A stretch of 49,658 nucleotides of DNA from the NCBI GenBank assembly GCA_041476685.1, contig JBGOTW010000003.1, positions 1 through 49,658 on the forward strand. Direction: 5' to 3'. The number at the start of each line of letters is the position of its first letter. Position 1 is the stretch's first letter. The notes beneath the pieces were generated by a model. It did not search any database, was not told the origin of the DNA, and saw nothing but the letters and a program-made list of their open reading frames with translations. Below, piece by piece: positions 1 through 8,678 of this stretch. This stretch comes from a bacterium. Lineage in GTDB: Bacteria > SAR324 > JACQKK01. The position numbers and the translations under genes were made by a program.

Positions 1-1
1 C

Positions 2-79
2 GCCGAGCTGGAGCCGGCCTATCGGGTGGCGCTGGAGGCCATCGACCGCCTCACCGGTCCCCGCGGCCGGCTCAACTAG
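2..79 (+). CDS. 3' end of a CDS running in from the left edge (product unknown)
   Basis: Frame from nt 2 reads AELEPAYRVALEAIDRLTGPRGRLN* with GC3-rich codons; TAG at 77-79. Confidence 0.5.
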   Translation, partial: AELEPAYRVALEAIDRLTGPRGRLN

Positions 80-362
80 CGGGCTGCGCCGGGCTGAGCG
101 GCGGGCGGTGGGTTCGTTTTCGCGATTTTTTGTATCGCTTTGATTCGCTGAATGTTTACGGGCTATCGGGCAGGCCTGGGCGCAGCGGCTTGCCGTGCTG
201 CGCCGGTAGCGCGCATGAGGTAGCGCTCAGGTGCAGGTTGGGTACGTTCAGCGTCGCGTTTGAGGGGTTTGGGGAGCGGGTTGAGCATGCGCTGGGAAGC
301 GGGTGCGTAGGCCTAGGCGCGAGGCGGGGGGCGTGGAGGCGCGAGTGTCGGGAAATGGAGGC

Positions 363-399
363 CACCCCACCCCTGCCCCTCTCCGCAAACGTGGAGGGG
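363..399. repeat. single REP-like palindrome (CCCCTCTCC..GGAGGGG family)
   Basis: caccccacccctgcccctctccgcaaacgtggagggg resembles the units at 27286 and 31383. Confidence 0.45.
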
Positions 400-572
400 T
401 CACTGCAACGGCGCGATGCGCGGAACCTGGGCGCTGTGGGGCGGATGGGGGGCTTGAGGCGAATGGGGGAAGGGCGGCGTGTGGTGGGACGGGCATGGTG
501 AGCGCCAGTGCCAGGGGCCGGAAGCGATCAGCGCTAGAGCCATCAATGATCGGGTTGCAGTAGTCAGATCTA

Positions 573-689
573 TGAAGTGGTCCCAAAAATCGGACAGGGG
601 GTTAAGCTCTGAGCCACTCACGGAAACGAGTGTGCCTCATGAGCAGGAAGCGCAAGCAGTACAGTTCATAATTCAACGCGCAGGTGGCC
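573..689 (+). mobile_element. IS3-family left-end remnant (IRL plus truncated orfA)
   Basis: TG-starting IR-like TGAAGTGGTCCCAAAAATCGGACAG (573-597), then ATG639 MSRKRKQYSS*FNAQVA, matching the IS3 OrfA start pattern 'RKQYSxEFKAxVA'; internal TAA at 669; local GC is lower. Confidence 0.6.
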
Positions 690-927
690 GGCACCGTCAG
701 TGGCAGAAGCGTGCTGCATGGGAAAGCATACGCCCGCCGGAGCCCCTGCCGTCGGTCCTCGCTTCAAGCTAGAGTCTCGTCGCTCGGATTCCCGTCGCAC
801 CCGCTCGCCCTAAGCGGTCAACGCCCGGCCGTGCGCGTATAGCCATTCCCTCTCCCAAGCCTTAGGGTTGCCGGGGGTCGTTCTTCTCGACGCGGACCGC
901 ATCGCGCCCAAAATCTAGAGACCCGCC

Positions 928-1305
928 ATGAGCGAAAGCCTGGAAAGCGCCCGCACCGTGAGCTTGGCGACCTTTCGCCGGGACGGCCGGCAAGTGAACA
1001 CGCCGGTGTGGGTGGTGCAGGTGGGGGAGCGGCTTTACGTCAATACGGAAGACGGCAGCGGAAAGGTGAAGCGCCTGCGCAACAACCCGCGCATCCGGAT
1101 GGCGCCCAGCACCATGGCCGGCCGGCCGCTGGCGGACTGGCGCGAGGGCACGGCGCGGCTGGTGGAGGACGCTGCGCTGGTGCGCCGGGTCAACGACGCC
1201 ATCCGCGCCAAGTACGGCCTGTGGGCGCGGATGCACATTCTGTTCGCGCTCTTTTCCCGCCGCGCCCGCGAACGGGTGATTGTGGAAGTGCAGCTTTCCC
1301 CTTGA
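928..1305 (+). CDS. PPOX-class F420-dependent oxidoreductase-like protein (split barrel)
   Basis: Motifs SLATFRRDGRxVxTPVW and SGKVKRLRNNPR. Confidence 0.85.
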   Translation: MSESLESARTVSLATFRRDGRQVNTPVWVVQVGERLYVNTEDGSGKVKRLRNNPRIRMAPSTMAGRPLADWREGTARLVEDAALVRRVNDAIRAKYGLWARMHILFALFSRRARERVIVEVQLSP

Positions 1306-1338
1306 GCCGCGTGCCCGGGAGCCCGCACGCGCCAACGG

Positions 1339-1482
1339 ATCCGCAACGCCCGCATCGTCACCGGGGACGGCGAGACCGAGCCGTTCGCCGGGGACGTCTT
1401 GCTCGTCGGGGAGCGCATCGCATACCTGGGCGCGGTTTCGCGCAGCGCGGTCAAGGGGGCCGACCGGACGGTGGCGGCGTGA
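1339..1482 (+). pseudogene. N-terminal fragment of a metal-dependent amidohydrolase (D-aminoacylase/dihydroorotase-like)
   Basis: IRNARIVTGDGETEPFAGDVLLVGERIAYLG is the typical amidohydrolase N-terminal beta-sandwich; no start codon; TGA at 1480-1482. Confidence 0.6.
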
Positions 1483-1550
1483 CGGGAGCGCCCGGCGTCA
1501 TGCCGCAACGGCAGAGGGAAAGACATGACCGTCAGGGGGACGGCGCGACT

Positions 1551-1792
1551 TTACCCGGAGCGCAGTCCGAGCCGCTTCATATCGCCGTCGGACCAGCCGA
1601 TGTCCGCGATCAAGGCGCCGAGCGTTCCGCGCGGGAAGGTGTCACTGAGGCGATGATAGGCCACGACGACCCTGCGGCCGTCCGGGTGGCGGTAGATCCG
1701 GTGGCTGCCCCTCGTGCGCGAAGTTCAAAGCCATCCGGGTGAAGCGCTCCGATGAGCAGGCGGGCGGTAATTCCCCGCGGGAGGACGGTCAT
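1551..1792 (-). pseudogene. hicA: HicA-family toxin, frameshifted
   Basis: MTVLPRGITARLLIGALHPDGFEL, then after a 1-nt shift near 1720 RTRGSHRIYRHPDGRRVVVAYH...FPRGTLGALIADIGW...RSG*; the GSH catalytic motif is present; ATGA overlap with hicB. Confidence 0.8.
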
Positions 1793-2043
1793 ACATTGAC
1801 GACCACCGAGGGAGCCGCATGCTCCGTAACGCCCAGCTCGGGATTGACGAGCACCGCCTTGCCTTCCTCGATGAGGTCTTCCACATAGAGGGAAACCGCC
1901 TCCTGGACCCTCGCCAGAGTCTCTTCCTCGGTGTGCCCCCAGGTGTGGCAGCCGGGCAAGGCGGGGCAGATGCCGTGGTAGGCCGGAGTGCCATCTTCCT
2001 GGACGTCTGCTTCCACTACCACGCGGAACACGTAGGATTTCAC
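1789..2043 (-). CDS. hicB: HicB-family antitoxin (short, no DNA-binding domain)
   Basis: Motif YHGICPALPGCHTWGHTEEETLARVQEAVSLY. Confidence 0.85.
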   Translation of the reverse strand: MKSYVFRVVVEADVQEDGTPAYHGICPALPGCHTWGHTEEETLARVQEAVSLYVEDLIEEGKAVLVNPELGVTEHAAPSVVVNV

Positions 2044-2173
2044 GCGCCCGACTCCCTGTTAGGGGGTGTTGAACAGGATCGCAGCATCGTACCATGCTCC
2101 CGGTACACGTCATTTACGGCCCCCTGGCGGCGGCCGTTCCGCGGCGCCCGCCCTCGCAGCCGGGGGCCGGCCG

Positions 2174-3259
2174 CTACCCCTCCTGGTGCTGCTTCCAGAA
2201 GTGGTAGCGCAGCTTCGCCTGCTGAAAGCGGCGCAGGCCCTCCGGGTCGTCCTGCGCCAGCCGCAGCCCGGTGAGGATCGGCCGCTTGAAGCCGATCTCG
2301 TCATAGTTGAGTACGGTGAAGTAGCCGCTGTGGGAGGGCAGGCGCGTGCCGTCGAGGCGCTGCAGCGCCACGTCAATCGCGACCTCGAGCGTGAAGCGGC
2401 GCACGTACACCACGCGGGCCGTGAGCTCGACCAGGTCGCTGGTGAAGATCGGCTCCTGGAACACGATCCGGTTCATGGCCAGCGTCACCATGTTCCGGTT
2501 GCGGGTGAAGCGCCGGGCGCAGTAGGTGGCCACGCGGTCCATCCACAGCAGGATGTCGCCCCCGAAGATCGTGCCCAGCACGTTGGTGTGGCGGGGCAGG
2601 AAGGCGCGCCGCACGGTGACGATCGTCTCCTCCGGGCGGAGGAACTCGCGCTTGCCGGCGTTGAGCGGCTCCTCCACTTCCGCCAGGCTCAGGCGCTGCC
2701 CGGCCGTCTCGTCCTGCATGCGCTGCCAGCCGTCCATCAGCGCCTTGTGCCGCACGGCCCGCTCGTGGATGGCGCGCTCCTCGTCCGTCTCGATCCGCAG
2801 GCCCGGGATGTTGCGGTTCGGGCGGCGCTCGCCGTCGATCGCCACCATCGTCACGTAGGAGCGCTGCACGGGCAGGTACTCGCGCGCCATCAGGTCCTGC
2901 CGGAACACCTCCACCTCGATCATCATCGAGGAGCGGCCCACGCTGGCCAGCCGGCCCTCCAGGCGGATCAGGTCCGCGTGCAGCAGCGGCTCGGTCAGGT
3001 CCACCCGGTCGAAGGACAGCGTCACGCAGGGGCTGGCGCTGTGGGCCAGAGCGACCCGCCCGGCCACCACGTCCATCGTGTCCAGGATCGCGCCGGCCTG
3101 CATCCGCACGCCCTGCAGGCCCTCTTCCCCGACGATCTCGGCCAGGTACAGCGCCGAATCGGCCATGCGCTTGAGCGGGCGTTCCGGGGCGGGGGCAGCC
3201 GGAGGCGCGGCCGCTTCCGCTCGCGCAGTCGCCTGCGGCAGCGGCTTGCGCTCGCTCAT
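2174..3259 (-). CDS. double hotdog-fold acyl-CoA thioesterase
   Basis: Two hotdog domains (AGAILDTMD..VGRSSM; HTNVLGTIFGGDILLWMD); GGGAGG RBS before ATG at 3259. Confidence 0.85.
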   Translation of the reverse strand: MSERKPLPQATARAEAAAPPAAPAPERPLKRMADSALYLAEIVGEEGLQGVRMQAGAILDTMDVVAGRVALAHSASPCVTLSFDRVDLTEPLLHADLIRLEGRLASVGRSSMMIEVEVFRQDLMAREYLPVQRSYVTMVAIDGERRPNRNIPGLRIETDEERAIHERAVRHKALMDGWQRMQDETAGQRLSLAEVEEPLNAGKREFLRPEETIVTVRRAFLPRHTNVLGTIFGGDILLWMDRVATYCARRFTRNRNMVTLAMNRIVFQEPIFTSDLVELTARVVYVRRFTLEVAIDVALQRLDGTRLPSHSGYFTVLNYDEIGFKRPILTGLRLAQDDPEGLRRFQQAKLRYHFWKQHQEG

Positions 3260-3362
3260 CGCGCCCTCCCGCGGGGACACCGCCCGGCCCGCGGCGGTGC
3301 GCCCGGCAAGATGCAGCACGAAGTCTTGGGCGGGGCGCAGGAGAGGGTGCGGGGCGGAGCGC

Positions 3363-3390
3363 TTGGCAGGGCGGCGGCCTGTGCTATGCT
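3363..3390 (+). promoter_or_regulatory. putative sigma70 promoter of the 3498 gene
   Basis: TTGGCA-16nt-TATGCT with extended -10 TGc. Confidence 0.4.
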
Positions 3391-3497
3391 CATCGGTCTG
3401 CAACGCCTCAACTTTCCAGCGCGCCGTGCGCCCCAGGGAATAGGCAAGGACGCGCCTCGTTGCGCACGCGCTGCAACCGATCTCAGGGAGCCCGGCA

Positions 3498-4148
3498 TTG
3501 GAAAGCCCGTATTTCAACAGCCTGCTGCAGCACGTCTCGGTGGAGCGACGGTACAACAAGGAACTGACCGCCGCCAAGGAGGAGTTTCAGGCCTTCGCCG
3601 GACCGATCTTCGAGAGCGACCGCAACTTCGACGCGCGCATCAACGCGTTCCATGCCTGGTACATCCTGGACCGGCCGCTGCGGGAGCGGGGCAAGACCCC
3701 GCTCGCCTACTTCCTGGAGTTCAACGCTAACAGTCTCGCCGGCGAGGAGTGGAAGCGCTACGAGGAACTGCTCGCGGGCGTGCACTCGCTGTTCCAGCTG
3801 ACCCGCTCGGGCCCGAAGGAGACGGTGCTCAAGGATCTCCTCAGCGGGGTCAAGTACCGGCTCGACGGCAGCAATCAGACACAGCACCTGGACAAGGGCG
3901 CGCTGTTCAATACGCGCCTGTTCCGGCACCAGGAGCAGTGGTACTTCTCCAATTACCTGATCCTGCATCCCGGCGGCGCAGCGCGCGGCATCCGGGAGCA
4001 GGCGCGGCTGCTGCGCAAGGCCAAGTCCCCCGTCCAGCCCTTCCTATACCAGCTCATGCTGTTCCAGGGCCGCTGGGGGCAATACAAGCAGATGAGCGTG
4101 GAGAGCATCTACCGCTTTGGCGCCTCGGAGCGCCGCGTCGGAGCCTAG
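3498..4148 (+). CDS. hypothetical protein
   Basis: 216 aa, natural composition, strong codon bias, AGGGAG RBS before TTG; no family recognised. Confidence 0.75.
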   Translation: MESPYFNSLLQHVSVERRYNKELTAAKEEFQAFAGPIFESDRNFDARINAFHAWYILDRPLRERGKTPLAYFLEFNANSLAGEEWKRYEELLAGVHSLFQLTRSGPKETVLKDLLSGVKYRLDGSNQTQHLDKGALFNTRLFRHQEQWYFSNYLILHPGGAARGIREQARLLRKAKSPVQPFLYQLMLFQGRWGQYKQMSVESIYRFGASERRVGA

Positions 4149-4253
4149 GGCCGCCACGCCAGGCCGCGGTCCCCTGCGGCGGATGGGGACGCGCCGGCTG
4201 CCGATGGTTCCGCCGCGGCGGCGGATCGAGTTGCCGCGCGCGTGGGAGACACG

Positions 4254-5123
4254 ATGCCATCATTCCAGGTGGACGGGCTGCACGTCGAGCATGCTACCGC
4301 ACAAGCCGCGCTTGCGGCGAAGGGACGACCTGCCGCGCGGCCGGCCCTGCTGCTGGTGCATGGAGCCGCGCACGGCGCCTGGTGCTGGGAGAACTGGATG
4401 GAGGCCCTGGCGCGGCGGGGGTGGGAGAGCTACGCCCTGTCGCTGCGCAACCATCCCGGCTCGCGCGCCGTCCCCGAGGCGCAGTACCTGCGCGGCACGC
4501 ACGTGGACGACTACGCGGACGACGTGGAGACGGTGGCGCGGTACCTCTCCGCGCAGACAGCGGATCTCGCCGCGCGGACGGCGGACCGCGCCGGGCGGGC
4601 GGAGGCGCAGCGCCTGGTGGTCGCCGGCCACAGCATGGGCGGGATCGTCGTGCAGCGCTTCGTGGCGCGGCAGGGGGAGGCCGGCGTACCCGTGGCGGGC
4701 ATGATCCTCGTCGCATCCGTGGCCCCGGCGCCCAGCGGGCCGATGCGCGACGGGCCCTTGTCCGAGGAGCATGGCTTCACGCTCGCTGCGGAGGACGCCC
4801 GCGCGCGCTTCTTCCACGCCGCCCCGCGCAGCGTGACCGACGCCGCCATCGCCAGGCTCGTGCCGGAATCCCCCTCCGTCATGAACGAGTACAGCCTCGG
4901 GCCGGGCATTGCGATTCCCCCCGGCCGCGTGCGCTGCCCGGTGCTCGTGCTGACAGCGGAGCACGACGGCACCAACGTGCCGCGCGACCGGCGCAGCGCG
5001 GATTTCTACGGTGGGGACTATGTGCTGTGCAAGGGCATCGGCCACGACCTGATGCTCGATGCGGGCTGGGAGGGCCCGCTGGACACCGTCGCCGCCTGGC
5101 TGGAGCGGCACTGGCCTGCCTAG
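4254..5123 (+). CDS. alpha/beta hydrolase
   Basis: LLVHGAAHGAWCW, GHSMGG nucleophile elbow, C-terminal GHDLMLD. Confidence 0.9.
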   Translation: MPSFQVDGLHVEHATAQAALAAKGRPAARPALLLVHGAAHGAWCWENWMEALARRGWESYALSLRNHPGSRAVPEAQYLRGTHVDDYADDVETVARYLSAQTADLAARTADRAGRAEAQRLVVAGHSMGGIVVQRFVARQGEAGVPVAGMILVASVAPAPSGPMRDGPLSEEHGFTLAAEDARARFFHAAPRSVTDAAIARLVPESPSVMNEYSLGPGIAIPPGRVRCPVLVLTAEHDGTNVPRDRRSADFYGGDYVLCKGIGHDLMLDAGWEGPLDTVAAWLERHWPA

Positions 5124-5124
5124 A

Positions 5125-5245
5125 GGGATGTTTGCGGCAACCGTGCGCACGGATTGGGGTCTGGGGCCGCTTAGCTGGCGCCTCGCGCCAGCGCTCAGCG
5201 CCGGCCCCAGCGGGGTGCGGGGCAGCGCCCCGCGCCAAACCTTCC
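5125..5245. repeat. multi-hairpin intergenic element between convergent genes
   Basis: ctggggccg...cggccccag enclosing gctggcgc/gcgccagc, then gcggggcagcgccccgc; weak outer IR gggatgtttg/caaaccttcc; motif layout like 15003-15059. Confidence 0.5.
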
Positions 5246-5265
5246 GCAATTGCCGTTGCGTTCCA

Positions 5266-6255
5266 CTAAATCTTGACGACGTAGCGCCCCTTCGCCCCGC
5301 CGCCGAGGATCTCCTTGAGCTTGGCGGGCAGGTCGGCCAGGCCGATCTCGTGGCCGATCTCGTCCAGGTGGCGGGGCTTGCGCGGCCCGGCCAGCAGCCG
5401 CCACGCCTCCAGCCGCACGTCCATCGGGCAGTTCACCGAGTCGATGCCCAGCAGATTCACGCCCCGCAGGATGAACGGGTAGACCGTGCCGGTAAAATTC
5501 GGGCTACTGACGAGCCCGGTCAGCGCCACGCTACCCCAGCCCTTCACGCTGCGCAGCAGGTACTCCAGCGTCGTCCCGCCGGCGTTGTCGATCGCCCCGG
5601 CCCACTGCTCCTTGAGCATCACCTTGCCCGAGCCGTCGGTAACGTCCTGCCGCGTCAAGATCTGGCCGGCGCCGAGCCGGGTGAGGAACTCCTTCAGCTC
5701 CGGCTTGCCCGAGGAGGCCGCCACCGTGTAGCCGCCGCGCGCCAGGATATCCACCGCGATGCTGCCGACGCCGCCGCTGGCGCCGGTGACGAGCACCGGC
5801 CCCTGGCTGGGCTTGAGCCCGTTGCGCTCCAGGGCCAGCACGGCGAGCATGGCGGTGAAGCCCGCGGTGCCCAGCGTGGCGGCCTCCTTCGCGCTGAGGC
5901 CGGCGGGCAGGGGCACGACCCAGGCGGCCGGCACGCGCGCGCATTCCGCATAGCCGCCCCAGGCCCCGACGCCCAGGTCGTAGCCGGTCACCAGCACGGG
6001 CGCGCCCGGCTTGAACTTGCCCGTCGCGTCCGCCTCGACTGTGCCGGCGAGGTCCACGCCGGGAACGTGCGGGAACTTGCGCACCATCTTGCCGACGCCG
6101 GCGGAGATCATGGCGTCCTTGTAGTTGATACCGGAATACTCGACCTTGACGGTGACTTCGCCGGCCGGAAGGCTGGCGCTGGGCAAGGTCTTGAGGCCGG
6201 CTTGCACGGCGTCGGGCGTTCCCTCGAGGACAAAGGCGCGGATCTGGTCTTTCAT
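5266..6255 (-). CDS. acuI: YhdH/AcuI-family NADPH MDR (acryloyl-CoA reductase-like)
   Basis: YSGINYKD, PGVDLAGTV, GTAGFTA, VTGASGGVGS, PFILRGVNLLGIDSV. Confidence 0.85.
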   Translation of the reverse strand: MKDQIRAFVLEGTPDAVQAGLKTLPSASLPAGEVTVKVEYSGINYKDAMISAGVGKMVRKFPHVPGVDLAGTVEADATGKFKPGAPVLVTGYDLGVGAWGGYAECARVPAAWVVPLPAGLSAKEAATLGTAGFTAMLAVLALERNGLKPSQGPVLVTGASGGVGSIAVDILARGGYTVAASSGKPELKEFLTRLGAGQILTRQDVTDGSGKVMLKEQWAGAIDNAGGTTLEYLLRSVKGWGSVALTGLVSSPNFTGTVYPFILRGVNLLGIDSVNCPMDVRLEAWRLLAGPRKPRHLDEIGHEIGLADLPAKLKEILGGGAKGRYVVKI

Positions 6256-6438
6256 TGCGGCTCCTCAATCGTTCTTGCAGCGGGGGGCAAGCGGCCCGGT
6301 GGGACGGCGCGCCGGCGGAGACAGCGGAATGAGCAGGTCCTACCGCATCCCGGCCCCGGGAACAAAGCCGGGCGGCATGTCCCGCGTCCTGCGCGGGTGT
6401 GACGGAGTTGGAAAGATTCACTGTGCCGTGCGCCAGAA

Positions 6439-6567
6439 GCACCTCACCCGCGTCGCTTCGCGACGCCGCCCTCTCCGTGAAGGAGAGGGCTCTAAACTCT
6501 ACGATTGGCAGGTTGTTCCTCCTCTCCTGGAAGGAGAGGAGGTGCCCGTAGGGCGGAGGTGAGGTGC
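6439..6567. repeat. inverted REP-like doublet
   Basis: gcacctcacc (6439-6448) / ggtgaggtgc (6558-6567) enclosing hairpins gccctctcc-gtgaa-ggagagggc and cctcctctcc-tggaa-ggagaggagg. Confidence 0.7.
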
Positions 6568-6616
6568 GCTGGAACCGTCCCCACGATTCAACCAGATTCC
6601 CTCCCACGCGCGCGAA

Positions 6617-6646
6617 TTGCCAAATGCGCCGGGATCGGGCTATCGT
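6617..6646 (+). promoter_or_regulatory. putative sigma70 promoter of tRNA-Thr
   Basis: TTGCCA-18nt-TATCGT, 30 nt upstream of the tRNA. Confidence 0.4.
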
Positions 6647-6675
6647 GTGGCCGCTGGTCCCCGTCCGTTTCCCCC

Positions 6676-6747
6676 GCCCAAGTAGCTCAGGGGTAGAGCA
6701 GTGCTTTCGTAAAGCACAGGTCGCCGGTTCAAATCCGGCCTTGGGCT
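6676..6747 (+). tRNA. tRNA-Thr (CGT), CCA not encoded
   Basis: Cloverleaf: GCCCAAG/CTTGGGC acceptor, GCTC/GAGC D-arm, GTGCT-TTCGTAA-AGCAC, GCCGG-TTCAAAT-CCGGC. Confidence 0.97.
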
Positions 6748-6877
6748 CTCGCCGTCTGCGGCGCGTGTGCGCGCTTTCGGGCCGGCGGCTTCAGGATGTC
6801 CGGCCGGGTCGCCGCGCCGGAGCGCGCAACCGCCCGAGCAAACGGTGCGGGGGGCTCTTCCGCCCCGGCGGGGCCGC

Positions 6878-8191
6878 TCAGGGGAGCGAGCGGTGAGGAT
6901 GCGATGGCGCGCTCGGCGCATGGTCCAGGTGCCCGGTGAACCAGCGCGTGGCATGCTCGATGACCCGGGACAGCGCGCCCGGCTCCTCGAACAGATGGCT
7001 GGCCTTCGGCACGACGATCACTTTCGCGTCCGGCAGGCCTCGCGCGGCGTCCTGGTTGAGCTTCAGCACGGTCCCGTCGTACCCGCCCACGATCAGCAGC
7101 ACCGGCACCTCCACCTTGGCCAGGCAGGCCACGGCGAGGTCCGGCCGGCCGCCCCGGCTGACCACGGCAAAGAGCGGGTTGTCCGGCTCCGCGGCCGCGC
7201 ACAACGCGGCAGCCGCCCCGGTGCTCGCGCCGAAATACCCGATGGGCCGGCCGCCCGCGCGCTCCCGCAGCCACCGCGTGGCCAGCAGCAGGCGCTCCGC
7301 CAGCAGGCGGATGTCGAAGACGTTGCCGCGGTCGTCCGCCTCCTCGGGCAGCAGCAGATCGAACAGCAGCGTCCCCAGGCCGGCTTCGTTCAGGGCGCGG
7401 GCCACGCGGGTGTTGCGCGGGCTCTTGCGGCTGCTGCCGCTGCCGTGGGCAAAGATCACCCAGCCCTTGCAGCGTGCCGGCTCCGTCAGGTCGCCCGGCA
7501 GGCGAACGGTCCCCTGCGCGATCTCGATCTGCTGCACGCCGGACGGAGTCTCACGGGCCCTCCCGCCGGAAGCGAGAATCCGCGCGACCTCCTCGTCACC
7601 CACCTGGGCGAAGTCGCTGTACCACTGTCCGATCGCGTAGAAGTCCTCCCGTTCGATGATGGTGATGACCGCTTCCACCTCCGTGCGCAGCCTCTCGGCG
7701 GAGCTGGCGGCGGCGGCCGGAACGGCGACGACGATGCGCGCCGCGCCTTGCGCCTTGAGGGCGCGCACGGCGGCCATCATCGTGGCGCCGGTCGCCAGGC
7801 CGTCGTCCACCACCAGCACGAGCCGGCCCCGCACCTCCACCATCGGCCGGCCCTGGCGGTAGCGCTGCATGCGGCGCGCGATCTCCTCCTGCTGCTTCGC
7901 CTCCAGTTCCTGCAGCGCGCGGGGACTCACGCCCACCTCGTCCACGGCGCCGGGGCGAATCCAGAGCGCGCCCCCTTCGGCGAGGGCGCCGATCGCGTAC
8001 TCCGGATTTTCCGGCGCGCCCACTTTCCGGACGATCAGCACATCCAGCGGCGCATCCAGGCGCCGCGCCACCTCGGCGCCGACCGGCACCCCGCCCCGCG
8101 GCAGCGCGATCACGATCGGGCGTTCGCGCTTGTAGGCCTGGAGCCGCTCGGCGAGCTGCGCTCCGGCATCCAGGCGATTGTGAAAGACCAT
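6878..8191 (-). CDS. phosphoribosyltransferase fused to a dienelactone-hydrolase-like alpha/beta domain
   Basis: LPRGGVPV and VVDDGLATG (PRPP loop); HGSGSSRKSPRN, GYFGASTG, VSRGGRPDL, HLFEEPGAL. Confidence 0.9.
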   Translation of the reverse strand: MVFHNRLDAGAQLAERLQAYKRERPIVIALPRGGVPVGAEVARRLDAPLDVLIVRKVGAPENPEYAIGALAEGGALWIRPGAVDEVGVSPRALQELEAKQQEEIARRMQRYRQGRPMVEVRGRLVLVVDDGLATGATMMAAVRALKAQGAARIVVAVPAAAASSAERLRTEVEAVITIIEREDFYAIGQWYSDFAQVGDEEVARILASGGRARETPSGVQQIEIAQGTVRLPGDLTEPARCKGWVIFAHGSGSSRKSPRNTRVARALNEAGLGTLLFDLLLPEEADDRGNVFDIRLLAERLLLATRWLRERAGGRPIGYFGASTGAAAALCAAAEPDNPLFAVVSRGGRPDLAVACLAKVEVPVLLIVGGYDGTVLKLNQDAARGLPDAKVIVVPKASHLFEEPGALSRVIEHATRWFTGHLDHAPSAPSHPHRSLP

Positions 8192-8549
8192 GGCGACCGC
8201 AATGGCTGGTGTGACAACCGGACCGTCGAGCGGGACGGAACGACGCTGGAGTCCCACCCGCCGGCCCTGCGAGAACGATCTCCCTGGCGGCAGTCCCGCC
8301 TCAGCGCAGCGACGCCACGCTTACCCCCCCCTCAACTGAGCGTACTGCCGCCACCGGGGCGAAGTTTGCGCTAGGTCAAACCGGATGCCGGAGGGAACGG
8401 GCTGGACTTGGACGCGCCACACTCCGGATGCGCAAGCGGCGCCCTTCATGCGCGAAAGTTTCTCGCTTGAATTGGCGGATCATCCGGGAGAGGTCTTGTC
8501 CCGCATGGCGATGGAGCGAGGGGAGCGGGCTCAGTGGAATCCCCGGAAA

Positions 8550-8678
8550 GGTGCGGGCCAAATTGATGAAGCAGCCGCTAACGGCAACGACGGACTCCTC
8601 GCATGCGCTCGGAGCGACAGGAATGGTCATTGCGAGCGCGGCGAAAAAACTGCTTGTGTCTCCAGACTGGCCCACACC
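8550..8678. mobile_element. MITE-like element, family A copy 1
   Basis: Imperfect TIRs GGTGCGGGCCAAATTG / CAGACTGGCCCACACC; interior aligns with 11849-11980. Confidence 0.65.

Noticed and set aside
100-560. Short ORFs 130-501, 156-365, 248-586 and 303-563
   Set aside because: Low-complexity Arg/Gly/Pro translations without RBS or codon bias; likely non-coding or degraded DNA.
1303-1305. Selenocysteine or read-through at the PPOX TGA
   Set aside because: The PPOX domain is complete at the stop, the downstream domain is truncated, and no convincing SECIS hairpin was seen.
6676-6747. tRNA-Thr as an integration site for an island
   Set aside because: No integrase nearby and no duplicate of the tRNA 3' end seen in the window.
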